Part shown: one piece after another, positions 34,292-45,901 of the stretch
Numbering within the stretch: the stretch's first letter is position 1
Layout of the letters: each line of letters opens with the position of its first letter
Assembly (NCBI GenBank): GCA_010093605.1
Contig: MU004198.1
Coordinates: 250,726-314,725, forward strand
Length of the DNA stretch: 64,000 nucleotides
Origin: Lophium mytilinum
Lineage: Eukaryota
Direction: 5' to 3'
The notes under the pieces: generated by a model
What the model saw: the letters and a program-made list of their open reading frames with translations, nothing else
Told to the model about the DNA's origin: nothing
Database searches by the model: none
Made by a program: the position numbers and the translations under genes

Positions 34292-37062
34292 CTACCCCAT
34301 CCGCCCATCCCCCTTCCGCCACTCCCCGACCAACTCTTCCCCTAGCGAGTTCACCGGCCACCCCGTCCGCGACTGGTGTTCCTCGATCATGTGCAGTATC
34401 GCTTCCCGCTTCGGCGGCTCCTGCGTATACAGCCCCGCGCCAAAGAGGCATTGGGTGCTGACGACACACGCCGCTTCCTCGGTCAGAGTAGATGCAATGC
34501 CGCCGATAGCATCAATAGCATCAATGAGCTGTTTGCTGCGTTCCGCATACTCCAGGAAGCCGCCTGGCGCGGGCCGGTGGACTAAGAGAAGGATGCGGGC
34601 GAAGGAGTAGAGTTGGATTGAGACAGCTAGGGAAGGATCAGTGATTTCAACAAGGCATTTGACAGGCACGTGGGAAAGGGGTATAACATACCGAAAGCAG
34701 GCGGATTTATCCAGATAGGTTTAAACACCGCATTCTCGCTCCCGCCCTGCAACGGCAGCGGATTAAAATGCACGCTCAGATTCCCCTTCCACTCCTCCAG
34801 CGCCGCCAGCAGCGCGTCTGCGCGCTCGATCCTGGGCCGGAGACTCGCTTCCCCGATTTTGCACTCCTCGGCGGAGCTGTAGTTGACGGCTTGGACGAGG
34901 AGGTACACTACTCGGGACGCTATGTCGTACTGCTCCATCACATGATACGGTTTCGTAGGCTTGAAGAAGCTGAACGCTCGCCGACCTTCGCGGAACGCGG
35001 CCCATAGGTCCTGTCGTAGCCAAGCCCACCACACGGCTTGCTTGAGGCCGCCAGATTCGCCGTTGATGTCTTGGGAGCGCTGGATCCAGAAGACGCCTTT
35101 TAGATGGCGTTCCCAGCCTTTGCCGGCGCCGTCGATCATTTCGTACATTGAGACGATGAGGGCGGTGGCGATGAGCTCGAGGCTGCGGGTGTAGGATTCG
35201 TGTTTCATGGCGCGTTGGAGGTATTGCAGCGTTTCATAGTAGTACTGCACGGCTGTGGTGCGGTCGAGGAGCGGGCCGCCTGGTTCCATGGGTTTGATGG
35301 AGAGGTGGCGCGAGGACAGGGCCAGGATGGCTTTCATGAGACCTTCGTTCTGCAGCGCGAGTTGGGGGACGAAGGTGGAGAAGTGCTTCAGCGGGTCGTA
35401 CATGTCAATCCAATGGCTTAGGTTCTCGACGAAGCGGCGGAAGATGGGGATTTCGCGGTCGCGTAATTTGATGGGTGACTGCCAGGATTCTCGACCGTCC
35501 CCAGCCGGGGGAATGCTTCGAGGGACGGAAGTAGGGGCGATGTGGGCGAATCGTAGACTCGGGGTTCCGGTGGAGTAGGCAGACGCTGGGTAGGTTGGAC
35601 TCCGCGCATCGTCCATGAGATTTTCGTTGATGCTTGGGGATTTTGTGGAGAGGTTCTCGTGAAGGAACGCGAGGGAGCCATCGTCGGCTCCGTTCGCGGC
35701 GTCGTCCGCAAGGAGGCCGAACCATCTTAAAGGTGCGACTTCTACTCCATAGCCAGCTGATCCACTGAAATTCGATTGAGGGCTTGTTGTGTTGGCATCG
35801 TTCCAGCTTCCTTGATCTATGGAGCGTCGAGCTGTTTCTGGGCTGCTGATTTCTGGTATTTGTTTGCTCTGTCAAAATTAGCATACACTCGCCAGTTCAG
35901 TGGAATCCGGGTTGAAGGTCTACTCACGGAAGGAAGTGACGGTACTTGACTCTCTGGAGGACTCCAGAGTACCTGCGATGAAGACAGGTCTTTCGTTGCT
36001 CGTCTCGATTCCTCATCCTCGGGCGGTGGTGATTGTTCCTGTTGCCAATGCCCTACTACAGAATTGGGAGCTGGCCTGTCGCTCTCACTGGGAGTCAAAC
36101 TTGGATTCGCATTGTGTGACTGAAGCATGCGTTAGTAAGAGTACAAGAAAGGTAATGATGGTAATAATTGAGGTTCGAAATTGAAGGCAGTTACAAGGCT
36201 CGTACAACTCGTGCCACTTGATTGCAGAAATCTGCGTCACCTGTGCGATGAACCACAATCACGCATTGAGTGACAGTGACCGGACACGAGTCCTCTTGCA
36301 CGGGTTTAGGAGCCATAATGGTTATTGGGCTGTTTTAATCGTGTATCGGTACCACTGGATAGACGAGCCACGCGCGCAAGGATTGCCGTGAGCACGAAGG
36401 GTATTATTGGCCTCTCTTCGAGTGCCAGCAGCACACTTGGTAGAATGGACTAGACTAGGGTCCGTAAGAAGCAAGTCATCGCCGCCTTGGGTCTAGTGCC
36501 AACGTGTTTACCACGTGTGCGTGGTGTCTATGCAGGGCAAGGCGGTCTACCTCCCCAGCCTTATGGATCTATCTGATATCGAGAGACAGGTTTACAAGAC
36601 CTCAGATAGACGTTCAAGCATTCTGGGAACGAGCATTCGAGAAGAAAATAGGAACCTATTACCTTTGCACCGTAGACGCAATCTCTGCCACCTTTCGCAC
36701 AAGGTCCACAAGTCGGCTTTTGTTCATCACATTTCTAGAATGGCTACGTTAACGCTTGTTCGGTCCTTTGGAACAAGCTTGACGCACCATATGACGACGA
36801 CGGCAGATGGCACTGAATCAGTAGTTAGCAGGTGTTCACGATACATGAATCTCAATTGGAAAGTGGCGCATGTGCTGAGCAGCGGTGAAGCGTGAGAACT
36901 GGTCTCGGCACGGGCTTAGCGGAATAGCAACCGGGCAGCTTACCATCCCGTCGTGGTCCGCAGACCACGGCCACGAGGCTTCCTCGGCTTCCGCAGGCCG
37001 ACTGGGGCCTGCGGAGGTTTGGTGGGGGGGTCGAGGGGTGTGGAGGTGGGTGCTGGCAGCAT
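34292..37062 (-). CDS. Zn2Cys6 transcription factor with a fungal TF middle domain (5 introns)
   Basis: The spliced zinc cluster RGLRTTTGC|AICRRRHM|KCDEQKPTCGPCAKGGRDCVY is built from exons 37062-36944, 36812-36788 and 36734-36663. Then come APLRWFGLLADDA, WIDMYDP..HFST.VP, WERHLKGVFWIQRS and AVWWAWLRQDLWAAFRE. Confidence 0.92.
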
Positions 37063-37845
37063 CGTCTCGTGGCAGTAGGGAGGGCGAGGCGAAGTTGCAC
37101 GAAAAGGAATTTCAAACCCCATTCCCACGCCGACTCGAGACGGGGCCAGGAACAGTTCCGCGGCCCTTGGCGGCCTTAAACACGTGAGCTCGGAGAAATT
37201 GGTGGCGTCACCGAGCGTTGCTGCACCTCCTGGCCTCCCATGCAGCACCGCCCACGACCAAAGACACGCTCTCGGGATGTCGCTTCTGGGCAAGAAACGG
37301 CGGCCACGCAGAGCCTCACAGCCTTTCCATCGTCTACTCGCATTGTCTGAGTCGCACGTGAGTTGACTCGCGTACCTCCATCCCGGAATACCGCTTTGGG
37401 CCTTCCAGACGCTCTTTAGCAGAGGGGCGAACCATGCGGCAGCTGAGTGGTTGACTGCGTCTGGAACAACCCCTCCCGCATCCACGATGGCGGGGTGTCG
37501 ATCCACTGACCGGGGTAGCTTTGTGCATCACTTGGGTAGAGACAAGGCGGACGAAGCCTTTTGACTGCGGTTCGGGTCGAATGTGACAGATTTCAATCCT
37601 GAGCTCTGTATGTATTGTATATCTTCTTCTGTCAGACCGAATTCGGTTCTTATCATCTCGATTGATTCAGTGGGTGGGCAGCAGTGATGACTTCCTTTCA
37701 TCGACAGCATGTAGCGCTACTCCAATCGAGCCTCCCGGCATTTGAGCGGGCACGCGGACAAATAAATACATAGCCAGCCCCTCACGTCACGTAGCACGCG
37801 TTTGTCTCCAACTTTCCACACTCTTCGTGTTCTCAATTCCACATC

Positions 37846-39851
37846 ATGTCTACGAAGCACTTCTTTCCCCATACCGAGGGAGTCGTCGTTCAGGCCCTCA
37901 ACTCCCTGGTGGCAAGAAACCAGCATTTGGGACTCGATGAGCCCAACCGTGTCGTGTTCTCCAAAGCCCACCCTCCCTCACAAGTGACGGTGATTTCAGG
38001 AGGTGGTTCTGGACATGAACCTGCATGGTCAGGCTATGTCGGAGAGGGTATGTTGGCGGCTGCGGCGTGCGGAGATGTTTTTGCCAGTCCCTCCACCAAG
38101 CAGATCATGGCTGCGATCAAGAACGTCCCGTCTGACGTTGGCATAATACTGTGTATAACGAACTATACTGGCGATAAACTGCACTTCGGCCTGGCTTGCG
38201 AGAAGGGACTCGCACTAGGATATAACATCTCCGTGGTGAACATGGCAGAAGACGCTTCTCTCGGGAGGAAAAAGTCAGAACTGGTCGGACGACGAGGTCT
38301 TGCGGGAAACTTGCTTGGTAAGTGGCCTTCGTTCCTTTAGCACCTACTCTCCCTGAAACAGCTGCTAATCTCTCTTCTCTACAGTTCTGAAGCTTGTCGG
38401 AGCTGCAGCACAGCTTGGCTGGAATTTCGAACGATGCTTGAAACTTGGGAACCTCGGAAACGACCAACTGGTTACAATGGGTACAAGTCTTGATCACTGT
38501 CATGTCCCCGGACGAGCACATCATGAGGCCGTTCCAGAAGATGCGGTCGTGTTGGGAATGGGTATCCACAACGAGCCAGTTAGTCCTACTTTGGTGATGA
38601 TTGACGACTGAAAATCCTGCTAATATGACTGATAGGGACTTCGAACCGTATCACCAATGCCATCAGCGGAAGATATCGTCAAGGAGATGTTCCTCTTCCT
38701 CTTAGATCAATCAGACGCGGACCGTGCCTTCGTCAAAATCGAGCCAAAAGACGACGTCGTTATGCTGATTAACAACTTCGGTGGCCTGTCAGGTCTGGAA
38801 CTAGAAGCACTTACCAACATATGCCTTGTTCAGCTAAGTATGCTGGCATTCCTCTCCGCTCATATGAAGTTCGCTAACCCCAACAACAGAACGTGACTGG
38901 AAGATCGTCCCAAGTCGAGTATACGCAGGAGTTATGGAAACCTCGTTAAATGGCCCTGGCTTCTCAATCACCCTCGGAAACATCTCAGGGATCGCACGTA
39001 TCATGGAAACCAAAACGTCTGAAATCATCTCCCTGCTCGACCTCCCCACCACCGCCCCCGCCTGGCCAAAGAACGGGTACGCCCCCATCAAAGAAAACGC
39101 CTCTCTCGCACAAAACACATCCGGCGAAAGCAAAACCCCAGCCGCCCAAGGCCCCATAAGTGCGTGCCTCTCTCTACCCCTATTTCTAGCCTCCTTCACT
39201 TCAATCATACTAACAGCAACCACAGTCCCCGAGTCTTTAATCCCCTCCCTCCGCCAAGCCTGCACCGCCGCCATCAAAGCCGAGCCCCTGATCACAAAAT
39301 ACGACATCCAAATGGGCGACGGCGATTGCGGCGAAGCCGTCGAGTTCGTCTGCCACCGCATCGTCTCCAAACTCGACGAGCTCCCCTCGCCCACCTCCAC
39401 CCACATCTTTCCCTTGCTCGACCGCATCATCGACGCCGTCGAGGACACCGGCGGCTCCCTCGGCGCCATCATCTCCATCTTACTCACCGCGTTCTCGAAC
39501 TCCCTTCGTTCGATCGAGAAAGCGAATCCTAAAGGGTTTACTTTGGATGCGCAGACGGTAGGTAAGGCGGCTGGTCCGGCGATGGAGAATCTGAAGCTGT
39601 ATACGTCTGCGCGCGTGGGCGATCGCACGGTGATGGATGCGTTGATTCCGTTTTGTGAGAGTCTTGAGAAGGAGGGAGATTTCGGGAAGGCGGTGGCGGA
39701 GGCGGAGAAGGGGGCCAAGGCGACGGCGGGGATGAAGGCACGGTTTGGAAGGGCGACGTATGTGGCGGATGATAAGGCGCAGGAGGGGGACATGCCGCCT
39801 GATCCGGGGGCTTTTGCGGCGGGGGTGTTTTTGAGGGGGTTGGAGGGGTGA
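37846..39851 (+). CDS. Dihydroxyacetone-kinase-family (Dak1+Dak2 fused) ketose kinase (4 introns)
   Basis: GGGSGHEP, NYTGD, GRRGLAG, DHCHVPG, GMGIHNEPG, GDGDCG, GDRTVMDAL, ARFGRATY and PDPGA. Confidence 0.95.
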
Positions 39852-40782
39852 AAAAGGGTGACGAGACTAGGTTCGCGTTGTTTAGCATGGTATCGATACT
39901 TTGTGTTCTTTATTGACTACAGCATATCGACTGTGAAGTGAGCGATGAGCTTCGAATTGGCCCCTTACCCTCGAGACTTTGCCAGCACACAAACCGCACC
40001 GAAGCACCCCGGCCCCTTTCTCGAGTCCCCAGTTTCCTCAATAGCCAGTTCTAATTAGAAACCTCTTAGCAACAGCTTCCCCAATCGCCCCAATCTCCAC
40101 CCATAATCGCCGTCTTTCTTCCCTCGATCCCATTCCCTGCCTCCCGTCTCTCAACATCCCCCGCATCCGATCCCGTGTGCTGAAACCCTCTCGACACCTT
40201 ACTGTATAAACCACAACGCACGGAATTTCGCAGAACAATTTGAAAACGTATTCTCCACCTCTGCTCCATTCGTCTATTTATCACTTCTCACCTCTGTCTC
40301 TTAAGCGCATATATACATCGCTGAAAATTTCCAGATAGTTGCGGATTTAAGACTTCATTGAACCGTAACCTAATCACAGCATTCAAAAACCACAGTCTTA
40401 GTTACTGGGAGGTAAAATGATGTCGCTAGGAATAGGGAAAGTAATTAGGATCCTTGGGACGTGAAGCTTGGCCGGGGTTGAGGCGATGAGAGGTGTGATA
40501 TGTTAGGTAGTAGAAGAGTAGCAGAGAAGAGCTCCAGCCGAGAAAACTGAGAGTGAACGCAGCGAGGAGCTCAAGCATAAAAGATTAGAGCCATTAATAA
40601 GAGTAGTGGTCCTCTTATCAAAGGTCACCGCAAGATCAACCCACAGCCGTAAGAATGCATAACTTCATTATCATCGCTCACTCCACAAACTCCCGCTCAA
40701 GCCCGTATATACCACACACCCCACAGTCAGATCTATATACAACCCCACCCGCCCCCAAAAGCGCAACAACCCCTCGTCCATC

Positions 40783-42354
40783 TCACTTCGACGGATATCT
40801 CCTAATAACCACATGCGACACCACATAAACCCCCACCCCAAACGCACACATCCCACTAATAACCCCAAACCCGAGCAAATACTTCGGCGCATCCTCCTTC
40901 GGAAACAGATACGCGCCATAAATCTGCGCAAGATTCCCCATCGCATTCACAAACGCCAGACTGACCGCGCGCACCTCCTGCGGCATGGACCCGAACGTCG
41001 AGGCGCTGTAGCTCAGCGCGAGCCCGTTGGAGGCCCACAGCCCGGCGGCCATGAAGACCAGCAGCACGTAGCGCGCGGTGAAGTTGTAGATGGTGCAGAC
41101 GAGGATGCTGCAGATCATGGAGAGGGTCAGCCAGGCGGCGATGACGATGCCGCGCTGGGTGGGGTGTTTGTCCATGAAGTAGCCGGTTATGCCGACGGCG
41201 AGGAAGGCGACGGCGTAGATGGGGACGACCTGGGGGGTGGTTGGGTTAGTGTTGTCGTTGACATGGGAGTTTGATGCGAGTGGTAGAAGTCGTGGGAGGG
41301 GAGGATGCGTACCATGTATTGGGCCATGTGGCTGGTGTAGCCGAGCCCCTTGACTAGTGTTGGGTAGAAGTAGGAGAGGGTGGAGGAGCCGACGATGACC
41401 ATGTACCCGGCGGTTAGCAGCCAGGTCCTCCAGTTGCTGAGGGCCATGGCGAGGGCTTGGAGGGAGGTGAGGCGGGGGTTGTCTTCTGTGCGCGAGGTCA
41501 CTTCGTCGGCGGCGAGCCGGCTGATGGCGAGTTCCCGTTCACGGGGGGTCAGGCGGGCGGTGTTGGCCGGGAAGTCGAGGAGGATAAAGTGCGAGCAGAT
41601 GGCCCAGAAGGCGGTTGCGGCACCTTCGACGATCTTGAGAATGTTAGTCATGGTGGTTGGAATGGAGAGGGGAAACTTACGAAGAGCCATCGCCACCCTT
41701 CTAACCCGCGGACACCGTCGAGGCCGCCTGTGATAGCACCAGCGAGGATGCCGCCGAATGCTCCTGAGAGAACAGCGGCAGAGATGTAGACAGCGAAACG
41801 CTTGGCCTGTTCATCCTTCTTATACCACGATGACAGGATGAGCAGGATACCAGGCGCGAACCCAGCTTCCAAAACACCGACTATCAGCCGTAACGAAAGA
41901 AGCGCGTGATAGCTGTGTGCGAGAGACATGCAGCACGTTACGGCTCCCCACAGCGTCATGATGATCGGGAGATAGATAGAGGGCTTCGTCTTTGATAAGA
42001 TGAGGTTGGACGGGATCTCGAACACGACGTAGGTGATGAAGAAGACAACAAGGGAGATGGAGTATTGGCCTGATGTGAGATGCAGGTCAACGTCCATGCC
42101 CGCGACTTTAGCGTTGCCAATACTGACGATTATTAGTTGGTGGAATTGATGACCCCTTGATGGGAGCACATGGTATCTCACTTGGTACGGTCCATATAGG
42201 ACAGGAGATACATAAGCCATATCGTCGGTAAGAGGAACAGATCGATCTTCCGGACGAGAGCCTTCTCTTCCGCTTTCAGCGCTTCGTCGTCCATCGACGG
42301 CTCGTACGCCTCGATCTGCTCAGCATCGGGGGTTTGCTTGAGATCTAGCGACAT
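40783..42354 (-). CDS. MFS transporter of the allantoate-permease / anion:cation symporter type (3 introns)
   Basis: LVRKIDLFLLP...SYMDRTNIGNAK, FEIPSNL, EAGFAPG, SSWYKKDE..KRFA, GLEGWRWLFIVEG and NAMGNLAQIYG. Confidence 0.93.
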
Positions 42355-43365
42355 GATAGTGGAGGCAGGCAGGTGGCCGAACAAGGAGAACAATCTGCAA
42401 TTGAAATCAAGGAAGGAGCTGGACTAGGAGACTCAAAAGCGCGTAAAACTCGTGGAACTGACTGAACAAGGAAAGCAGGAAGATGTGAGAGTATCAGAAT
42501 GAACAGAGGTTATATAGCATCGCGGGCTCGCATCTTGAATCGAGCAGTCCAAGGTCGAATTCCAGCCTTTTGCCCTAAAACCAGGATGCACGGCCGCTAT
42601 TCGCATTGGCTGTCGAAAAGCGGCCGAGACAAATTCGCCGAAGAACGAGCGTCCTGACCCAGATGCCAGGGAAGCCATGGCGAGCGACCGGTTGTCGGTA
42701 GCCTAGCACATCCTGTGATGGCCCCGCGCTGACCTTCTCCAGTCTTCTGGGGAACTTGTGGAGGCGAAAATGGGGAGGGAGGCTAAGGGGCGTGGAGTCG
42801 TAGTAAAGAATGGGGATAGACTCGGCACGAGGCCAGAAGCTCGTCTCGGGGCAGATATATGGCCACCCTGCGACCCAATCAACCTCCCAGGCCGTCTTTA
42901 ATCGGGCCATCCCCACAATCTCTCAACCTAACGAAACCACCTGTTGAGCCTCGAAGCGGTGTCCCCGGGTAGAGGTGGCCTCAGCACTAAAGTCGCTCGT
43001 AGCTCCCACGGCGCGAAGCTCCGAGGTACCCACAGAGGCTCCGGACCGCATGTATGGACGCGCACCGTGATGCTGTGCCGTGGGGGAGAGCTTTCAGGGA
43101 AGATGGGTCTTTCGCGGTGGGAGATGTGCCGACGTTCTTTCCGACGTGTAGAATAAGTATCATAGGGTCCTGCGCTTCTCTTTCTTGCTATCTGCGCTTG
43201 TCGTTTGTCTGAGTCTCTGTCCTCCAGCTTCTTCCTCTCTACTGAATCTCACAGCTGTTGTCTAAATATCAATCTTCCCTCAAACCCTCCCTTCTCAACC
43301 TGAGTCTATAGACTCGTGTCTTCACACTCCCATTGAAAGCACCGATTCCCCTCTAAACCCTCACA

Positions 43366-44367
43366 ATGGGCTCCAACGAAAACGGCGCCGGCGTGTCTTC
43401 TGCTGCCGCTCCCTCTTCCACAACGACCCCCCTCACCACCCAACCCCCCGCAAACTTCAACTGGCAAATCACACTCGCCTCAAAAGTCATCGCCATCACA
43501 GGTGCCAACCGGGGTATCGGCCTCGGAATTGCAGAAGTATGCCTCGCCAACAGCGCGAAAATGGTGTACTCGCTCGATCTCATGGACCCCTCAGAAGACT
43601 TCGCCGCCCTGCACAAGAAGTACCCAAACTTCAAGTACATCCAGATGGACGTCACAAACGAAGAGAGCGTGCAGAAAGCCATTGATAGTATAGTAGAGGC
43701 CGAGGGCCGAATCGACGGTTTAGTAGCGAACGCAGGCATGACGAAGCACCAACCCGCCCTAGACTTCACAAGGGCAGAGGTAGAGAAGTTGTTTAATCTG
43801 AACGTGAGTCTCCAAAATCCCCATCGTCCTCATCCCAACCCAATCAACTCCTAAACCTACAATCCGGTAACCCCCTAACCAACCCAAACCCCCGCCTCCA
43901 CCTACCAACCGAAGCCCCAATATCTCTAGCTAATGCCCACCCCCTAGGTCTTCGGCGCCTTCTTCTGCGCCCAAATCTTCGCCAAAAAATGCATCGCCCT
44001 CGGCACCCCCGCCTCCATCGTCTTCACCGCCTCCATGACCTCCTACCGCCCCAACCGCGCCGCCCCCTCGGCCCCCTACGGCGGCACCAAAGCCGCCGTG
44101 CGCAACATGACCCACACGCTCGCCATGGAGTGGGCGGCCCACGGCATCCGCGTCAACAGCATCTCCCCCGGCTTCGTGAAGACGGCGATGACGTACTACG
44201 TCGAGAAGGCGCCGGACTGGGACCTCAAGATGCAGTATTACGGCGGCATGCCGCGGTTGGCGATGCCGCAGGAGCTGGGAGGGGCGTATGTGTATTTGTT
44301 GAGTGATACGGCGAGTTATACGACGGGGATTGATATTCCGATTGCGGGGATTGTGGGGGCGTGGTAG
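43366..44367 (+). CDS. Short-chain dehydrogenase/reductase, paralog 2 (1 intron)
   Basis: TGANRGIG, YSLD, NAG, YGGTK and IRVNSISPG; closely similar to the SDR at 33034. Confidence 0.93.
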
Positions 44368-45065
44368 GGGGTGGGTGGGTGGCCGAGGGTGAGTGGGTGG
44401 TCGGGGTTTAGAGTGTATAGGGGGGCTCTGGCGTTGGCATTTATGGTGTTATGATATATCTAGACCGACAGATATCAATAGAAGAGATTGCGGTGCTTTG
44501 TCCGATGTCTTTTTTTTAAGTGTAAGACTGCTGAATACTCCCTCCCGCGTACGCCTTCTTTTACACATACCGCATCTCTGTCCCCTCACCTCCGTAGTCC
44601 CTCTCTAAAGACCCTAAGCAAGCTCGAGGTGTTATGTTGTTGTGATAAGGTAGTGCGGTATAACATATCAGACGTAGAGAGGAGAGCAGAGGAGGAAGCA
44701 AGAGTTCGATGCGAAAAATAGAGCGGACGGTCGTCAAAGTGCGGGTAGCGCAGTGGGCAGCAATAGTAGATAGTTGAGGAATAGCTGGTGCTATTAGCGG
44801 TCCGTTGACGGGATACGTGGAGGAACCCGCGGCTTGCCCCATTGAAGCAGGAAAAATCGCCTCTACTATTTCAACAACCTATGTTTGCATGACCCAGGTC
44901 AGCAAGCTCAGCGGTTCGATGAAGCAGCCAAGCCCAAAGAAGAGCTGTGACTCCACCCCAAACTCACCACCACGCGAATGTACCTCTAGACCTCAAACGC
45001 CCACAAATGCTGCTCAGAACGCCATCCCATGCCCCCCTTTTCTCCTAAACCTCCCCCTCCCCTCT

Positions 45066-45901
45066 CTAACCCGATCCCCCCCTTCCAAGCACCTCCTCCC
45101 TCTCCAACACCTCCCCCCTAAAACAAATCAAAAACACCGTCTTCCCCGGCCACATCCTTCCCTCCACGCCCCCACCCCCCTCCTGCTCGCCCACACTATG
45201 CGCACTCACCCCCGTCGTCGGGAACCCCGCGCCATCACAAACCCCCTCAATAACCCCCGCCACAAACGCCGCGCAGTTCAGCTGGCTCATCTCCCTCGGC
45301 AGCGAAATATACGTATTCGGTAAGGGGTCGTTGTCATACAGCATGTACTGCGCGGGGTCCGACTCGCTCTTCTCGAGCGCGTCGGCGGGCCGGTTGAAGA
45401 GGTGCCGCCAGAGGGTTTGCGCGATGAATTGGAGGAGGGGGAGGATGCGCGTAGGGCGAAGGGACGGGGGCGGGAGGCGGGTTAGGAGGAGGTCGAGGAG
45501 GCGGAGGCCGAGGGGGTAGCCTTGTTGGTTTAACCTGTAATCACCCGTATATTAGCAACTTCCACCTAAATTTTGAAGGGTCTTCTCAAGGCCCTCCTAC
45601 GGGATTCTTACCGTCTCTCGAGGTCCGCAATCCCCTTCACCCGCTTCTGCGCATAGCTTATCATCTCGACAAACAGGTACGCAAACGCCGCCCGGCTCAG
45701 CTCCGCGTTTTTGCTGCGGTTTAGGTTGCGGTCGTAGATTGTTTTCTTGTTCGAGGGGTAGCGGAGTCCCGGCGTTGCAGCCATGGCGGTGCCGCCGCCG
45801 CGTTGGGAGACTGTTGCTGCAGGCGGGCCGGCGGTGCTGGAGGAGGGGGCGGGTGTGGGCGCGGGTTTGAGGGCGCGGGGGGCAGGGTGGGGAGTGCTCA
45901 T
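45066..45901 (-). CDS. TRS31: TRAPP complex subunit Trs31/TRAPPC5 (1 intron)
   Basis: TIYDRNLNRS..ELSRAAFAYLFVEMISYAQ, WRHLFNRPADALEKS and ISLPREMSQLNCAAFVAGVIEGVCDGAGF..VSAH. Confidence 0.95.

Noticed and set aside
43845..43900. CCCTAA/CTAACC-like words suggesting an interstitial telomere repeat
   Set aside because: They are not tandem; this is a C-rich intron with branch-point-like words, explained by the local skew.
26217..44367. Reading the MT + P450 + SDR + MFS + TF run as a secondary-metabolite biosynthetic cluster
   Set aside because: There is no backbone synthase in the window, the kinase and aldolase point to catabolism, and a repeat relic separates the two groups.
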